This document shows positions 50,176 to 63,105 of a DNA stretch of 64,000 nt, one piece after another. The notes under the pieces are model-generated. The model was not told the DNA's origin. It was given only the letters and a program-made list of their open reading frames with translations, and ran no database searches. Source of the DNA: Mobula hypostoma (Eukaryota); contig NC_086097.1 of the NCBI RefSeq assembly GCF_963921235.1, positions 15,500,001 to 15,564,000 of the forward strand. Reading direction: 5' to 3'. Position numbers and translations under genes: made by a program. How positions within the stretch are numbered: position 1 is the stretch's first letter; each line of letters begins with the position of its first letter.

Positions 50176-50445
50176 AGTGGCATGGTAGTGCAGTAGTTAG
50201 CACAACACTTTATAGTACCGGTGACCCGGGTTTAATTCCTGCTGCTGCCTGTAAGAAGTTTGTACGTTCAGCCCATGACCACGTGAGTTTCCTCTGGATG
50301 TTCTGGTCTCCTCCCATGCCAGTACCAGTTTGTAGGTTAATCGGTTATTGTAAATTGTCCTGTGATGAGGCTAGGATTAAATTTGGGGATTGCTGGGCAG
50401 CATGGCTCAAGGGCCTTCTCCGTGCCATATTTCAATAATAAATAC
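50176..50445 (+). mobile_element. V-SINE (HE1-like)
   Basis: Same head and core as 37566. Confidence 0.78.
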
Positions 50446-50606
50446 ATTTTGTACCAGCAATTTTGTAAACTGCCTGCAAGTATATGACACACAATCCTAC
50501 TAAAATGGCTAAAAGTTAGAAGCGATTTATGCTCATAGTATGCACTACAAGTGAGTTGCGTTTGAGCCATGCCTGAATAACATTATCATTTCTTGATTTT
50601 CTGCAG

Positions 50607-53600
50607 CATTTGATTAGATCCAAAGATCAGCTGGCACAGCAGCGAAAAGATTCGGAGGGAAAGACCACGCAGCTGCAGTCAGAGCTGGAGGTCATCATGG
50701 CTGAAAAGGCATCAATGGTGCAAGAGCTGGAAGTGCAGAAGGGCAAGCTGAGCCAGAGTGCTTTTGCACTTAATGAATTGCACATGAGCAAAGAACAACT
50801 GAACACGAAAGTCAGTGACCTAACAGAGAAGTTAAAGAAATCGCAGGTGGATAACTTGGAGTTGAAGGCAGAAGCTGCAGATCTGACAAAGAAGCTAAAG
50901 AGTGCCGAATCACAGCTAGAGGTTGCCAAGATGGAGTTTGCCCAAGTAGTTCAGCAAACTCAGAGCAGTGCATGTCAAGAAGGATTACTCGAAGATAAAG
51001 ATCGAGAAATTTCAGAGCTGAGGAAGCAAATTATGGAAACCAGAGCTATAAATGATGATTTGCAAACAGAGCTTTATGATCTCAAAATCCAAAATAAAAA
51101 ACTTGTTGCAGATAAAGATGAAGCCAACTTGGCTTTGAATAAAGTTAGAGGACAACTTGAGGAAACTGTTTCCAGTAACAGTGAGGCTTCCAAGGAGAAC
51201 AGCACCTTGCTGGAGGCAATGAAAATGGAAAAAGCTCAGCTGCAGTCTGAATTGAGCCAGGCTGAGAAACGACTGAACGAAGAAGCAAAAAAATACGAGC
51301 AAACCATCAAGGAGTTAACAGAGGCTCAAAGTTTAGATGCTACAACTTTGCAGAAAGAACATAATCGTTTGATCAAGACGATCCAAGAGAAGGATTTTGA
51401 GGTTGAAGAGCTCAAACGCAATATAGAGCAGTTGGAAGTGGACCATGAAGAGACCAAAGAAATGCTGAAATCTAGTTTGGAGGGACAGCAGCAGTTGACA
51501 GATCTTTTGGAGGAAAAACAGTCATTTGTTGAAATGCTAAAAGTGCGAAGTTTAGAACTGCAGCAAGAAATTGAAAAGAATGTAAAGATTTTAGGGGAAT
51601 GTGAGTCTTTGAAGCAAAACCTCGAAGAGAAAGATCGGCAATTAAGTGTGATGAAGGAAGAGAACAACCACCTCAAGGAAGAGATAGATAGACTGGGGGA
51701 CCAACAAAGCAGACCTCAACCTATTGCTGAACCGAAGACCCTTGATATAATAATAGAGCTGGAGACGGAAATAACTGAACTGAACAACAAAAGGAACAGT
51801 CTTGAAGAGGAAGTAAGGCTTCACAAGAAGACTATTGAGGAACAAAAGCAGGATATCCTTCAGCTCCAGCGCTCCGTACAGGATCGAGTGGACGAAGCTA
51901 AAACCCAGTGTCAGGAAATCAGTTCAACGTATGAAAAGTTAATTTGTGAGAAAGATGATGAAATCCATAGCCTTCAGGAATCCATCAATCAGATGAAAAT
52001 GCAAAGAGAATTTCAGGATGACCCCACAGATGCTCCAGTTATTCTCCAAGAGATTAAAGTACAAACAGTAAATGGAGAAAATGGAAATGAAAAACATGAT
52101 TTGTCTAAAGTGGAGATTGATAGATTAGTTAATGGTATAAAAGAAAAAGAAATGGAGATAAAGGTACTGAATGAGAAGAATGTGTCTCTGATTAAGCAGT
52201 TAGATCAGTTTACTATTTTTAAGGATGAAGCCGTTAAGCTAACCCAAATCATTCAACAGAAGAACATGGAAATCCAGACTCTTAATGCTAGGATAACCTC
52301 TGGCACCTATGGGCAGGCTGGTGCAGATGTGGCCTACTTGCAGCAGCAATTGCAGGCCTATGCTATGGAGAGAGAGCAAGTATTGGCAGTGTTAAATGAA
52401 AAGACAAGGGAGAACAGTCAGCTAAAGACAGAATACCATCGAATGATGGACATTATTGCTGCAAAGGAAGCTGCTCTTTTGAAACTCCAAGAGGAGAATC
52501 TGAAAATGGTCAATAAAACTGAAAATGAGGGTCAGGATATGATACGGGAAACAATCCAGAATTTGTCTCGGATTATCCGCGAGAAGGACATTGAAATTGA
52601 TGCTCTTAGTCAAAAGTGCCAAACTCTAGTCACCGTTCTGCAGACCTCTGGAATGGAGGCGAATGGCGAGTCAGGCCTCGTGAGTAGTAATCAGTTTGAA
52701 GAGCTCTTGCAGGAGCGTGACAAGCTAAAGCAGCAAGTGAAGAAGATGGAAGAGTGGAAGCAGCAGGTGATCACCACTGTTCAAAACATGCAGCATGAGT
52801 CAGCTCAGCTCCAGGATGAGCTCCTTAAGCTTCAGGGACGATTGTCTACAGATGGTGAGTGCAACTCTCGGCTCCAGATAGATTACAACAGCTTAATTTA
52901 TAGTTATGAGCAAAAGGAAAAGAAGTTGCAGAGCCTAAGCCAGGAGCTTGCTGAGGTCCAGCAAAGCATCGGGCAACTCAGCAGCACCAAGAATCTGATT
53001 TTGGGCAAGTTGGACAGTGTACCAACAGAACCACAAATGTTGGGAACAAGCACAGGAATATTGCACGTGAAGAATACTTCCCATGAATGTTCATCAGCAG
53101 AACATTTGAACCGAATAGAAGGACTACAGCAAGAGGTGGAACGTTTGAATAAAATATTGGAGGGGAAGGATGCCACAATATTGGCACTTCAGAATAATAC
53201 TGAATTATCTGCCTCTCAGCCAATGAATGCTAACATTGGAAAAAGCATACACGAGGATGTAGCCCTGGAGATAAAGCAAATGAAAGAAAAGAATGAAGAA
53301 TTACAAAGGTCATTCAAGGAAAAAGACCTTCTCATCAAATCAAAGAGTGACCAGTTGTCATCAGTGACAGGATGCTTGAGGAACAAGGATAATGAAAATG
53401 AAGTTTTAAAGCAGGCAGTCACTAATCTGAAAGAAAGGATTTCGCTTTTGCAACTGGACATCCAGAAGGCTCAAGAGGAGAATGACCAGATTATGAGCAA
53501 GTCGAGGGAAAAGGAAACCGAATTTCGAGCCCTTCAGGAGACTAATATGCAATTCTCCATGATGTTGAGAGAAAAAGAGTTTGAATCAAATTCTATGAGA

Positions 53601-53645
53601 GAAAAAGCTTCTGCATTAGAAAAATTGTTAAAGGAGAAAGAGGAG
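50607..53645 (+). CDS. TRIP11: TRIP11 giant coiled-coil exon (exon-11 equivalent), 1013 codons
   Basis: ctgcag|...|gttagt. HLIRSKDQL..., EPKTLDII, NGNEKHDLSK, YLQQQLQAYAMERE, RETIQNLSRIIREKDIEIDALSQKCQTL and KETEFRALQETNMQFSMMLREKEFE are GMAP-210 motifs. Confidence 0.97.
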
Positions 53646-54317
53646 GTTAGTTCAAAACTCTTTAATTGGTTGCTTTGTCGGTTGAACAAGTTTTATACAG
53701 TAATGGGGCAATACCGCATTAGCAATCAGCAGGCTAGGCTAGTAGAAGATTTTGTAAAGCTTTTAAATGTTGAAATATTGTAAGAGTATCTGTCCTTTTT
53801 AAAAAAAAAAGTTGCTAATTGTAACAGTCAGTCATTGATTTTGAAGTTATTTGCATTTTCCTGCTTGGTTACTTTGATAATTTAAAAGAATAATGCACAT
53901 ATATCCTAGTGGTGGCTCCTTTTCCCCTCAGCCTAAAAGTTATCACTTAGATGTAACTGTGTTAGAATTTGCTACTTCCATTTAAAAGAATGGATTCCGT
54001 AGGTTGAGCAGCCCCACTATGGATTTTAATGTAGTTTAAAGCAAAGGCTCTCCTTGATCTCCTGTACCTACTGATAATAGCAAAATGGTCCTGGGATCCT
54101 TCAAGTGATCATTACAAATGTTGAAAAAATACTTTGTTGTTTCTCAGTTACTATTTTCATGTCAGCAGTCAATTAGATGTTTCAAATAGCAATTTTGAAA
54201 AAGGAAATCAAAACCTTATATACAGTAGTTCCATAGCTAGAACATGGCTTTTTAAAACTTTATTTCCAGGTATGAGTTTTGTTTTAGAATTGATCAGTTA
54301 TTTTTCACAACTTGAAG

Positions 54318-54458
54318 GGGAAGACTGGCGAGTTAAATCAGCTGCTTAATGAAGTGAAATCTATGCAGGAGCAAGCAGGCATGTTTCAGCATGAGAGGGA
54401 CCAAGTTATGCTGGCCCTTAAGCAGAAGCAAATGGAAGCCACTGCATTAGTGAATGAG
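54318..54458 (+). CDS. TRIP11: TRIP11 coding exon (exon-12 equivalent)
   Basis: ttgaag|...|gtaaga, 141 bp. [47 protein letters not shown]. Confidence 0.95.
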
Positions 54459-55071
54459 GTAAGATATCATTAGAATTGTGGTTAAGTTCAAACATTATAG
54501 AGGAGTAAGTAAGGCACATTAAGCATGACTCACAATTATGTGTGAGGCACCAGAGTTTAAATCTAGTTCCAAAACAAAATATTGCTGATACTGGAATTTA
54601 GAATTATAATTGAAAATGCTGGAAAGATCTAGATCAGTTGTCCTCCTGTGGGAAGAGGGAGCGAGAGTGTTAGTGCTTTGGGTTATGATGAAAGGTGTAT
54701 CTGTCTCCAACTGTAATTCTCTTTCTCTTTCCCTAGATGTTTCCTTAACCGCTGAGTATTTTCGTCACTTTCAGTTCCTAATATTAAGTGTGTAGCTCAC
54801 TGAAACCCTGAATCAGAATGGTCTCTTCTAATTATTTTTCAAGTTCAAGTTCAGTTAATTGCCATTCAACCCTGCACAACACAGTACATATAGCTCAGAC
54901 ATACAACACGTAAAGTAATATTACCACAAATAAATTAACAAATAATAAAGTGCATTTACGACACAAGTTTAAAAGTAAACAGTATAACACAACTGGTGCA
55001 TCATATGTGATGAAACTTGGGTGGTGGCAGGGAGTTCAGTATTCTTACAGCCTGGCAGAAGAAGCTGTTCC

Positions 55072-55205
55072 CATCCTGAAGAAGGGTCTCAGTCCAAAAC
55101 GTTGATTGTTCACTCTTTTCCATTGATGCTGCCTGATCTGCTGAGTTTCTCCAGAATTTTGTGGATGTTCCTTTGGATTTCCAGCATCTGCAGATTTTCT
55201 CGTGT
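55072..55205 (+). mobile_element. Penelope-like terminal repeat with degenerate hammerhead
   Basis: cctgaagaagggtctcagtccaaaacgttgatt...ccagcatctgcagattttctcgtg. Confidence 0.7.
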
Positions 55206-55441
55206 GCCTATTTCCAATCATAACAGGTCTTATCCCAATGCTATGGTACCTCCTGCCAGTTTGTTTTCTATTTGATGATAATAGAGAAACAAACCCTTCA
55301 TATCTGAAACTGCATCACTCTCAAAATTCTGTCAATGGGTAGCCCATTGTGGCATCAGTGTAGCCAATATACAAAATGCACTGCACGTACTTGACTGCAT
55401 TGCTCTTGAAATCCCCTCTGACATCTGCAGTATTTATTTAT

Positions 55442-56204
55442 CTTTGTCACATGGTGTGAGCAGAATTATCTGCAGCTTAATGTGAAAAAGACTAAGGAGC
55501 TGGTAGTAGACCTGAGGAGAGCTAAGGTACCAGTGACCCCTGTTTCCATCCGGGGGTCAGTGTGGACATGGTGGAGGATTACAAATACCTGGGGATACGA
55601 ATTGACAATAAACTGGACTGGTCAAAGAACACTGAGGCTGTCTACAAGAAGGGTCAGAGCAGTCTCTATTTCCTGAGGAGACTGAGGTCCTTTAACATCT
55701 GCCGGACGATGCTGAGGATGTTCTACAAGTCTGTAGTGGCCAGTGCTATCATGTTTGCTGTTGTGTGCTGGGGCAGCAGGCTGAGGGTGGCAGACACCAG
55801 CAGAATCAACAAACTCATTCGTAAGGCCAGTGATGTTGTGGGGATGGAACTGGACTCTCTGACGGTGGTGTCTGAAAAGAGGATGCTGTCTAAGTTGCAT
55901 GCCATCTTGGACAATGTTGCCCATCCACTACATAATGTACTGGGTGGGCACAGGAGTACATTCAGCCAGAGACTCATTCCACCGAGATGCAACACAGAGC
56001 GTCATAGGAAGTCATTCCTGCCTGTGGCCATCAAACTTTACAACTCCTCCCTTGGAGGGTCAGACACCCTGAGCCATTAGGCTGGTCCTGGACTTACTTC
56101 CTGGCATAATTTACATATTACTATTTATGGTTTTATTACTACTTATTATTGTGCAACTGTAACGAAAACAAATTTCCCCCGGGATCAATAAAGTATGACT
56201 ATGA
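55442..56204 (+). mobile_element. Rex1/Babar LINE, 5'-truncated
   Basis: Near-identical to 10072-10839. Inserted in the A/T tail of the adjacent SINE. Confidence 0.88.
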
Positions 56205-56452
56205 TTTATTGAGCTACAGCGCGAAGTTGGCCCTTCTGGCACTTTGAGCCATAGTACCCAGCAATCCCTGATGTAACCCTTGCCTAATCACATGATAGTT
56301 TACAATGACCAATTAATGTACCAACCAGTAGGTCTTTGGACTGTGGGAGGAACCCCATGTGGTCACAGGGAAAATGTACAAGCTCCTTTTTAGACAGTGG
56401 TGGGAATTGAACCAAGGTCACTGGTACTGTAACCACTATGCTACTGTGCCCC
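56205..56452 (-). mobile_element. V-SINE (HE1-like)
   Basis: Reverse-complement head (gggcacagtagcatagtggtta) and V-domain. Confidence 0.75.
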
Positions 56453-56680
56453 CCCAACATGATCTGTGAAGATATCTGCCAACAAGAGACCAACAGGTGT
56501 GGGGGACACCACCATCTGCTGGATCTCCTCTCAGTCACACAGAGATGAACACACTATCCTGACCTATAAATACATTGCTGTTACTTCACTTTTGCTGAGT
56601 CATGTGGAATGCCTCACCGAAAAGATTTCTGCATCTGAAGAGCATGGCTCCATGTCAATTAGACACGGGCAATAAATGGT

Positions 56681-58680
56681 GACACAAGAGATTGCAGATG
56701 CTGGAATCTAGAGCAATAGACTATCTGCTGGAGGAGCATGGTGGGTCGAGTAACATCTGTGGGTGGGGAAAGGAGTTGTTGAAGTTTCAGGTTGAGATCC
56801 TCTGTCAGGACTGAGAGTCAAAGGGAAGGCAGTCGGTATAAAGAGGAGAATGGGAGTGATGTGACAGGCTAGTACGTGAAAGGTGGACTGAGGCAGGGTG
56901 AGATGATGGGCAGAAGGAGTGAGCTAAAGGTGAGGAGGTGGGATGGAATTGAGAGACAGGCAGGTGGGTGATAGGTGGAAGCAGATAAGATGAGGAGGAA
57001 GTAAAGGGGCCTTTGGAGACAGGCTGAGCTGTGGGGTAGATGGGGAAAAGTAAGGGTGGAGACAAGCTAGTCATGAGCGGGGAAGTAAAGATTACAAGTG
57101 CTGGAATCTCAGAGATAAGGAAGGTGATAATGGGAATTTTAATGGAGAGGTAGGCAGATGGAGGAGGGAATCTGGTGAGTGCAGTGTTTGGGTAGTAGGT
57201 GGATAGACCCAAGTGTGGAACAGAAATGAATGATGGGTGTTGGAGGATTAGATTATGAAGACACGCAGTCCTCTTTTATTGTCATTTAGTAATGAATGCA
57301 TTAAGAAATGATACAGTATTTCCTCCGGTGTGATATCACAAAACACAGGACAGACCAAGACTGAAAAAACTATTAAAACCACATAATTATAACATATAGT
57401 TACAACAGTGCAACAATACTATAACTTGACGAAGAACAGTCCATGAGCACAGTAAAAAGTTCAAAGTCTCTCAGATGTCCCACATTTCATGCAGACGGGA
57501 GAAGGAAGAAAAACTCTCCCTGCCATGCCTGACCACAGTCCAACTCTGAGTCATCTGAAAACTTCGAGCCTCCGATCAGCTCTCCGACACCGAGTACTGA
57601 GCGCCATCTCTGTCCGAACGATTCGACCTCAATCTCGGTTGCCAACAGCAGGCAAAGCCGGGGATTTTGAGGCCTTCCCTCCGGAAGATTCCCGGCCGCG
57701 CAGTAACAACAGCAGCGAACTGGCATTTCAGAAATTTCTCCAGATGTTCCTCTGTGCTTTCACGTCTCTCCATCAAATCAGAATTGTCCACGGCCCCTAT
57801 TTAACGGATACAATATCATTTTTCACCGGAGGGCTGCGCACGCGCGGCGCGCTGCTCTCTCCCCTCCCTATGGGAAAGGGAACATAAATGGATGGATAGA
57901 AGTGGATCAGAAGAAGATAGAGCGAGGTGAACACAGGAGCTAAGGGTTACCTGAAATTGGAAAGCTCAAACTTTGTGTCATTGTGTTGTCAAATTCCCAG
58001 GCAGTACAGGTTTTGTTTTCCTCTAGTTTGTGTTGGGTCTCACCCTGGCAGTGAAGAAGGCCAATGGTTGACAAGTTGGTGTGGGAACAGGAAGGGGAGT
58101 TCAACTAGCATGCAACCCGGCAATCACGGTGACCACTGAGGAGAGAATGCAAATTGACTACCTGCTCTGTACTTGCTCTAGAAGAGGCCACATAAAGAGC
58201 ATCAAATGCAGTAGATAAGGATGGAGGAGGTGCATGTGAATCTTTGCCTTGCCTGGAAGAACTGTTTAGGTCTCTGGATGGTGTGAGGGATGACGTGTAG
58301 GAATAAATGTTGCACTTCCCATGGTTGTATGGGTAAGTTCAGGGGTCAGGGAGGGTTAGATAGGGAGGGAAGTTGTCAAAATGGTGGAGAGCATGTGAGG
58401 TCTCCAGGATGGAGGTGGGAAACGACTGGACAATAGGAGACACAGTAGAGTCAAGGTACGAGGAGATAACATTCAACACGGCAAGAGCAGGTAGAAACAA
58501 TGGGCATACTGGGAAAGTACTGCTTGTGGATCTTGGATAAGAGTTGAGAGCAGCAAGTGCGGGGTTGGGGCACGTTCAAGTTGGAGGCTGTGGATTGGAG
58601 AACTGCTGATGTAATGATATTTGTGACAGTGGGGGAGGTGGTGGTCTGCTTTTTCTTGTTGGGTGATAATCCAGGGTTGT
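56681..58680 (-). mobile_element. Old Penelope-like element (terminal repeat, purine-rich tract, decayed GIY-YIG region), interrupted at ~57247-57868
   Basis: Similar to the 34177-34780 copy. Degenerate hammerhead at ~56777-56812. Confidence 0.7.
57247..57868 (-). mobile_element. Young non-coding SINE/LINE-UTR-like insertion
   Basis: CpG-rich head at ~57830-57868, aataaa and a (tctaa)n-like tail on the minus strand. Family not identified. Confidence 0.5.
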
Positions 58681-59175
58681 TTAAGCAATATCAGAAATAA
58701 ATGATTTTAACCACTTACTGTAAAATAAAACAAAATGATGTCTTCATTCATTCCAGGTACCTGTTAGTTGCTAGCAGTGCTGGGATTTATTGTGCATTCC
58801 AATTACATCTGAATGGAGAAGGAAGTTAACTCAATAACTTAAATAGAGGTGGAATCATATATAGTGCATAAATGTCAGGAGGCAGACTTGGTTCTCAGTA
58901 TCCTGTAGTTTCATGACTACCTATACTGGATCAAGCTTTGTACTTAAAGGTCTGGATTTTATTTACTATTTTGAATTTAAAATGCTCCAAGTGCCACAAC
59001 GAGATCCAAACTTGTGTATCTTGATCCATGTCCAGAATTCTAGCTTTTCAGTAACTTATCTATGGAGTTACCTTAACACAGTAGTTGTTTAATGCAGTAC
59101 TATTCAAATGCCTCCTGTGAGGTAACATGTTTCAAGTGCTTTTGGTTAAGGCAGTCTTGCAATAATAGGGATATA

Positions 59176-59333
59176 CAGTGGCATGCAAAAATTTGGGCAC
59201 CCCTTGGTCAAAATTTCTGTTACTGTGAATAGCTAAGCAAGTAAAATATGAACTGATTTCCAAAAGGCATAAAGTTAAAGACGTTTCTTTAATATTTTAA
59301 GCAAGAAAACTTTTTTTATTTCCATCTTTTACA
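59176..59333. mobile_element. Solo Tc1 terminal repeat
   Basis: TA|cagtggcatgcaaaaatttgggcacccc..., a direct copy of 60259-60419. Confidence 0.85.
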
Positions 59334-60258
59334 TAACCTGCTTGATACCTTGCTAAGGGAGCTCTAAAACAAAATTAATTTTTCTTGTTTTCTGGGGTTT
59401 TTGAGCATCTTCAGATCATTTGAGCTTTCTTAGAGGGGCATGTTTCTTCACGAAGTAGAAAAATCAAAAAATTTGTACTTAAAATATTTATTATCAACAT
59501 TAAGTTCTTTGAAGCACATGCACCAAATAAGTTGATTAATTTACGTCTTTTAAGGTTGTTCCTTAGTTAATAACTCCCCACGTTAAATGAACTATTGGAA
59601 GTGTGTGATGGTATGTAGTTTTGGTTATATTACAGACTCAGTTTTAATTTGGTGTTGGAACTCTTCTGTGCATTCTGATCTTCACTGTGTTTTTCAGTCT
59701 ACTACAGCCCTCGATGATTTAGGCCTTCTGCTTGCTAGGTAAAGGATCAACACATCTTGTTGCAGTTATGCACCATGTAACTGGCAACCAAAGAGTCAAT
59801 TAAAGCTCAAAGTGAGACAAATCATGAGATGTTTGTGATTAACAACTAACATAAATCATATTTTATAAATTACATCTTTTGTATCCTAGGTCAGGGCATT
59901 CAATATGAACTGGTTTCCGGAAATGTGCATTCTACTGTGCCCAGACACATTTAAGGGTACCTGTTGTTGCCTCAGTAGGTTTAGTGAAGCAGTGAATTGT
60001 GTGATTTGCTCGATTCAGAAGAATCAGTTTCTTTAACTTGAAAACACTTGACCACAAGTTTGATTGCAGAGGAGGTTTTGAAGTTCTCTTCACTGGCAGT
60101 TAAGTATAGGAATGCACTTGGTCTTGGGATCTTGTCCGTCTGATGTTTAAGTTCAGATTTCACAGTGTCATTCAACCACGTACATTTACGCAGCTATAAA
60201 AACTATTTTTCTGAGGCCAAGATACAAAACACAGTAATACAGTCACACACAGCACATA

Positions 60259-61879
60259 CGGTGGGATGCAAAAGTTTGGGCACCCCTGGTCAAAATTTCT
60301 GTTACTGTGAATAGCTAAGTGAGTAAAAGATGACCTGATTTCCAAAAGGCATAAAGTTAAAGATGACACATTTCTTTAATATTTTAAGCAAGATTACTTT
60401 TTTATTTCCATCTTTTACAGTTTCAAAATAACAAAAAAGGAAAAGGGCCTGAAGCAAAGGTTTGGGCACCCTGCATGGTCAGTACTTAGTAACACCCCCA
60501 TTGGCAAGTATCACAGCTTGTAAATGCTTTCTGTAGCCAGCTAAGAGTCTTTCAATTCTTGGTTGGGGGATTTTTGCTCATTCTTCATTGCAAAAGTCTT
60601 CTAGTTCTTTGAGATTCTTGGGCCATCTTGCATGCACTGCTCTTTTGAGGTCTATCCACAGATTTTTGATGATGTTTAGATCAGGGGACTGTGAGGGTTA
60701 TGGCAAAACCTTCAGCTTGCGCCTCTTGAGGTAGTCCATTGTGGATTTTGAGGTGTGTTTTAAGAACATTATCCTGTTGTAGAAGCCATTCTCTTTTCAT
60801 CTTCAGCTTTTTTACAGACAGTGTGGTGTTTGCTTCCAGAATTTGCTGGTATTTAATTGAATTCATTCTTCCCTCTACCAGTGAAATGTTCCCCATGCCA
60901 CTGGCTGCAACACAAGCCCAAAGCATGATCGATCCACTCCCATGCTTAACAGTTGGAGAGGTGTTCTTTTCATGAAATTCTGCACCCTTTTTTCTCCAAA
61001 CATACCTTTGCTCATTGCGGCCAAAAAGTCCTATTTTAACTTCATCAGTCCACAGGACTTGTTTCGAAAATGCATCAGGCTTGTTTCGATGTTCCTTTGC
61101 AAACTTCTGACACTGAATTTTGCAGTGAGGATGCAGGAAAGGTTTTCTTCTGATGACTCTTCCATGAAGGTCATATTTGTGCAGGTGTCACTGCACAGTA
61201 GAACAGTGCACCACCACTCCAGAGTCTGCTAAATCTTCCTGAAGGTCTTCTGCAGTCAAACAGGGGTTTTGATTTGCCTTTCTAGCAATCCTACGAGCAG
61301 TTCTCTCGGAAAGTTTTCTTGGTCTTCCAGACCTCAACTTGACCTCCACCGTTACTGCTAACTGCCATTTCTTAATTACGTTACAAACTGAGGAAACGGC
61401 TACCTGAAAACGGTTTGCTATCTTCTTAGAGCCTTCTCCTGCTTTGTGGGCATCATTTATTTTAATTTTCAGTGTGCCAGGCAGCTGCTTAGAGGAGCCC
61501 ATGGCTGCTGATTGTTGGGACAAGGTTTGAGGAGTCAGGGTATTTATAAAGCTTTGAAATTTGCATCACCTGGCCTTTCCTAATGATGACTGTGAACCAG
61601 CCATAGCCCTAACAAGCTAATTAAGGTCTGAGGACTTGGTGAAAGTTATCGGAGAGCTCAAATCTCTTGGGGTGCCCAAACTTTTGCATGGTGCTCTTTT
61701 CCTTTTTTCACTCTAAAATTGTACAAAACAAAAATAATACACTAATCTTGCTTAAAATGTTGAAAAGAATGTTTCATCTTTAACGTTGACTTTTGCAGAT
61801 CAGTTCATCTTCTACTCACTTAACCATTCACAGTAACAGAAATTTTGACCAGGGGTGCTCAAATGTTTGCATGCCACTG
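60259..61879 (-). mobile_element. Full-length Tc1 transposon (second family) with inactivated transposase
   Basis: TIRs c(g)gtgggatgcaaaagtttgggcacccctggtcaaaatttctg / revcomp. Minus-strand MGSSKQLP...RSGRPRK, MLWACVAASG and LLQQDN. Confidence 0.93.
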
Positions 61880-62354
61880 TGTAGATATGATAGTACATAC
61901 AGTCATGAAAAATAATATTAGCACATCCCTGAGTGGGATGGCCTAAAGACTGATGGTGCGTGGATGTTGTCTTGGAGAGTTATTAATTAAGGAGCAACCT
62001 TAAATGGTGTAAATTAATTAATTTATTTTACTGTATGTGCTCGGAAAGAACTTAACGTTGATTATAAATATTTTAAATACAAGTTTTGCAAGAACGGTTC
62101 CTCATCTTGTGCAGGTTCAGCAGATGAAGGCAAAACAGCTTGTCTTGCGCTGGGTCAGCAGCAGGACTGAACACTGGAGAACAGTGACGATGTGTGGGGT
62201 CAGCCCCCAACCCAACATGGGTTCCAGCGTGTCTGCCTTACCTCTCTTCCTTCATGTCATGTCTTCTACTTTCATGTAATTTGCCTTCGGGAAAACAGAA
62301 ACTATTAGGAAACCTGCTTTAAACCCATCACGATATGAATACCCTATTTTTCAG

Positions 62355-62548
62355 TTGCAGCATATGCGTGATAAGGAGCAGCGTCTGAACCAGGAGTTGC
62401 AGCGACTGCGAAACCACTTAATTGAGATAGAAGAATCATACACCAAAGAGGCCTTGACAGCTGAGGACCGAGAGACTGAGCTGAGGAGGAAGATTACCTT
62501 TTTGGAGGAGAAGTTGGCATCCTCATCTTGCGCTGTGGAAAGTGCAAG
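62355..62548 (+). CDS. TRIP11: TRIP11 coding exon (exon-13 equivalent)
   Basis: tttcag|...|gtagaa, 194 bp, phase 0 to 2. [46 protein letters not shown]... Confidence 0.95.
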
Positions 62549-62614
62549 GTAGAAGTCATCCTTTTTAGAAAATATTAGATTTTGAAATGGTAGTTAAGGT
62601 GGATAAGTTTCAGG

Positions 62615-63105
62615 ATTGTTTAATGTCATTTTCAGTATGGAAGTGTAAAGGAGAATAAAATTGTTACTGTAGATCCGATGCAACACAAAAAACACAGTAA
62701 GTTAAAGAACATGATAATAAAATAACACAATAAATATAATAACATAAGATAGCTTATGTATGTCCTGTGGCGCTACGTACAGGAGGTGATTCTGTCAGAA
62801 AATGATTAAATAGTGGTGGTAGGGGTGTGGAGGGGTGAGTTAGTGGGTAGTGTTCATCAGCCTTATTGCTTGGGGAAAGTAACTTTTATTGAGTTTGGTG
62901 GTCCTGGTGTGGATGTTGCGTCGCCTCCTTCCTGATGGGAATGGAACAAACAGTCCTTGAGAAGGTGGGTGGGATTCTTCAGGATGTTATGGGCCTTTTA
63001 GCAGCTTTCTGCATCTATGGCGGGTAGGCTGGTGCCAGTGATACGTTGGGCAGTTTTGACTACCTGTTGGTAGAGCCTTCTGCAGTGCAATTTCCATACC
63101 ACACA
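62615..63105 (-). mobile_element. Decayed Rex/Babar-like LINE 3' fragment
   Basis: Reverse complement shows HNILKNPTHLLKDCLFHSHQEG and rLYQQVVKTAQRI-like remnants. Confidence 0.55.

Noticed and set aside
50610..53783. 1057-aa ORF as a standalone intronless gene
   Set aside because: It is bounded by splice sites at 50607 and 53645 and continues in frame into flanking TRIP11 exons. The last ~45 codons are intron read-through.
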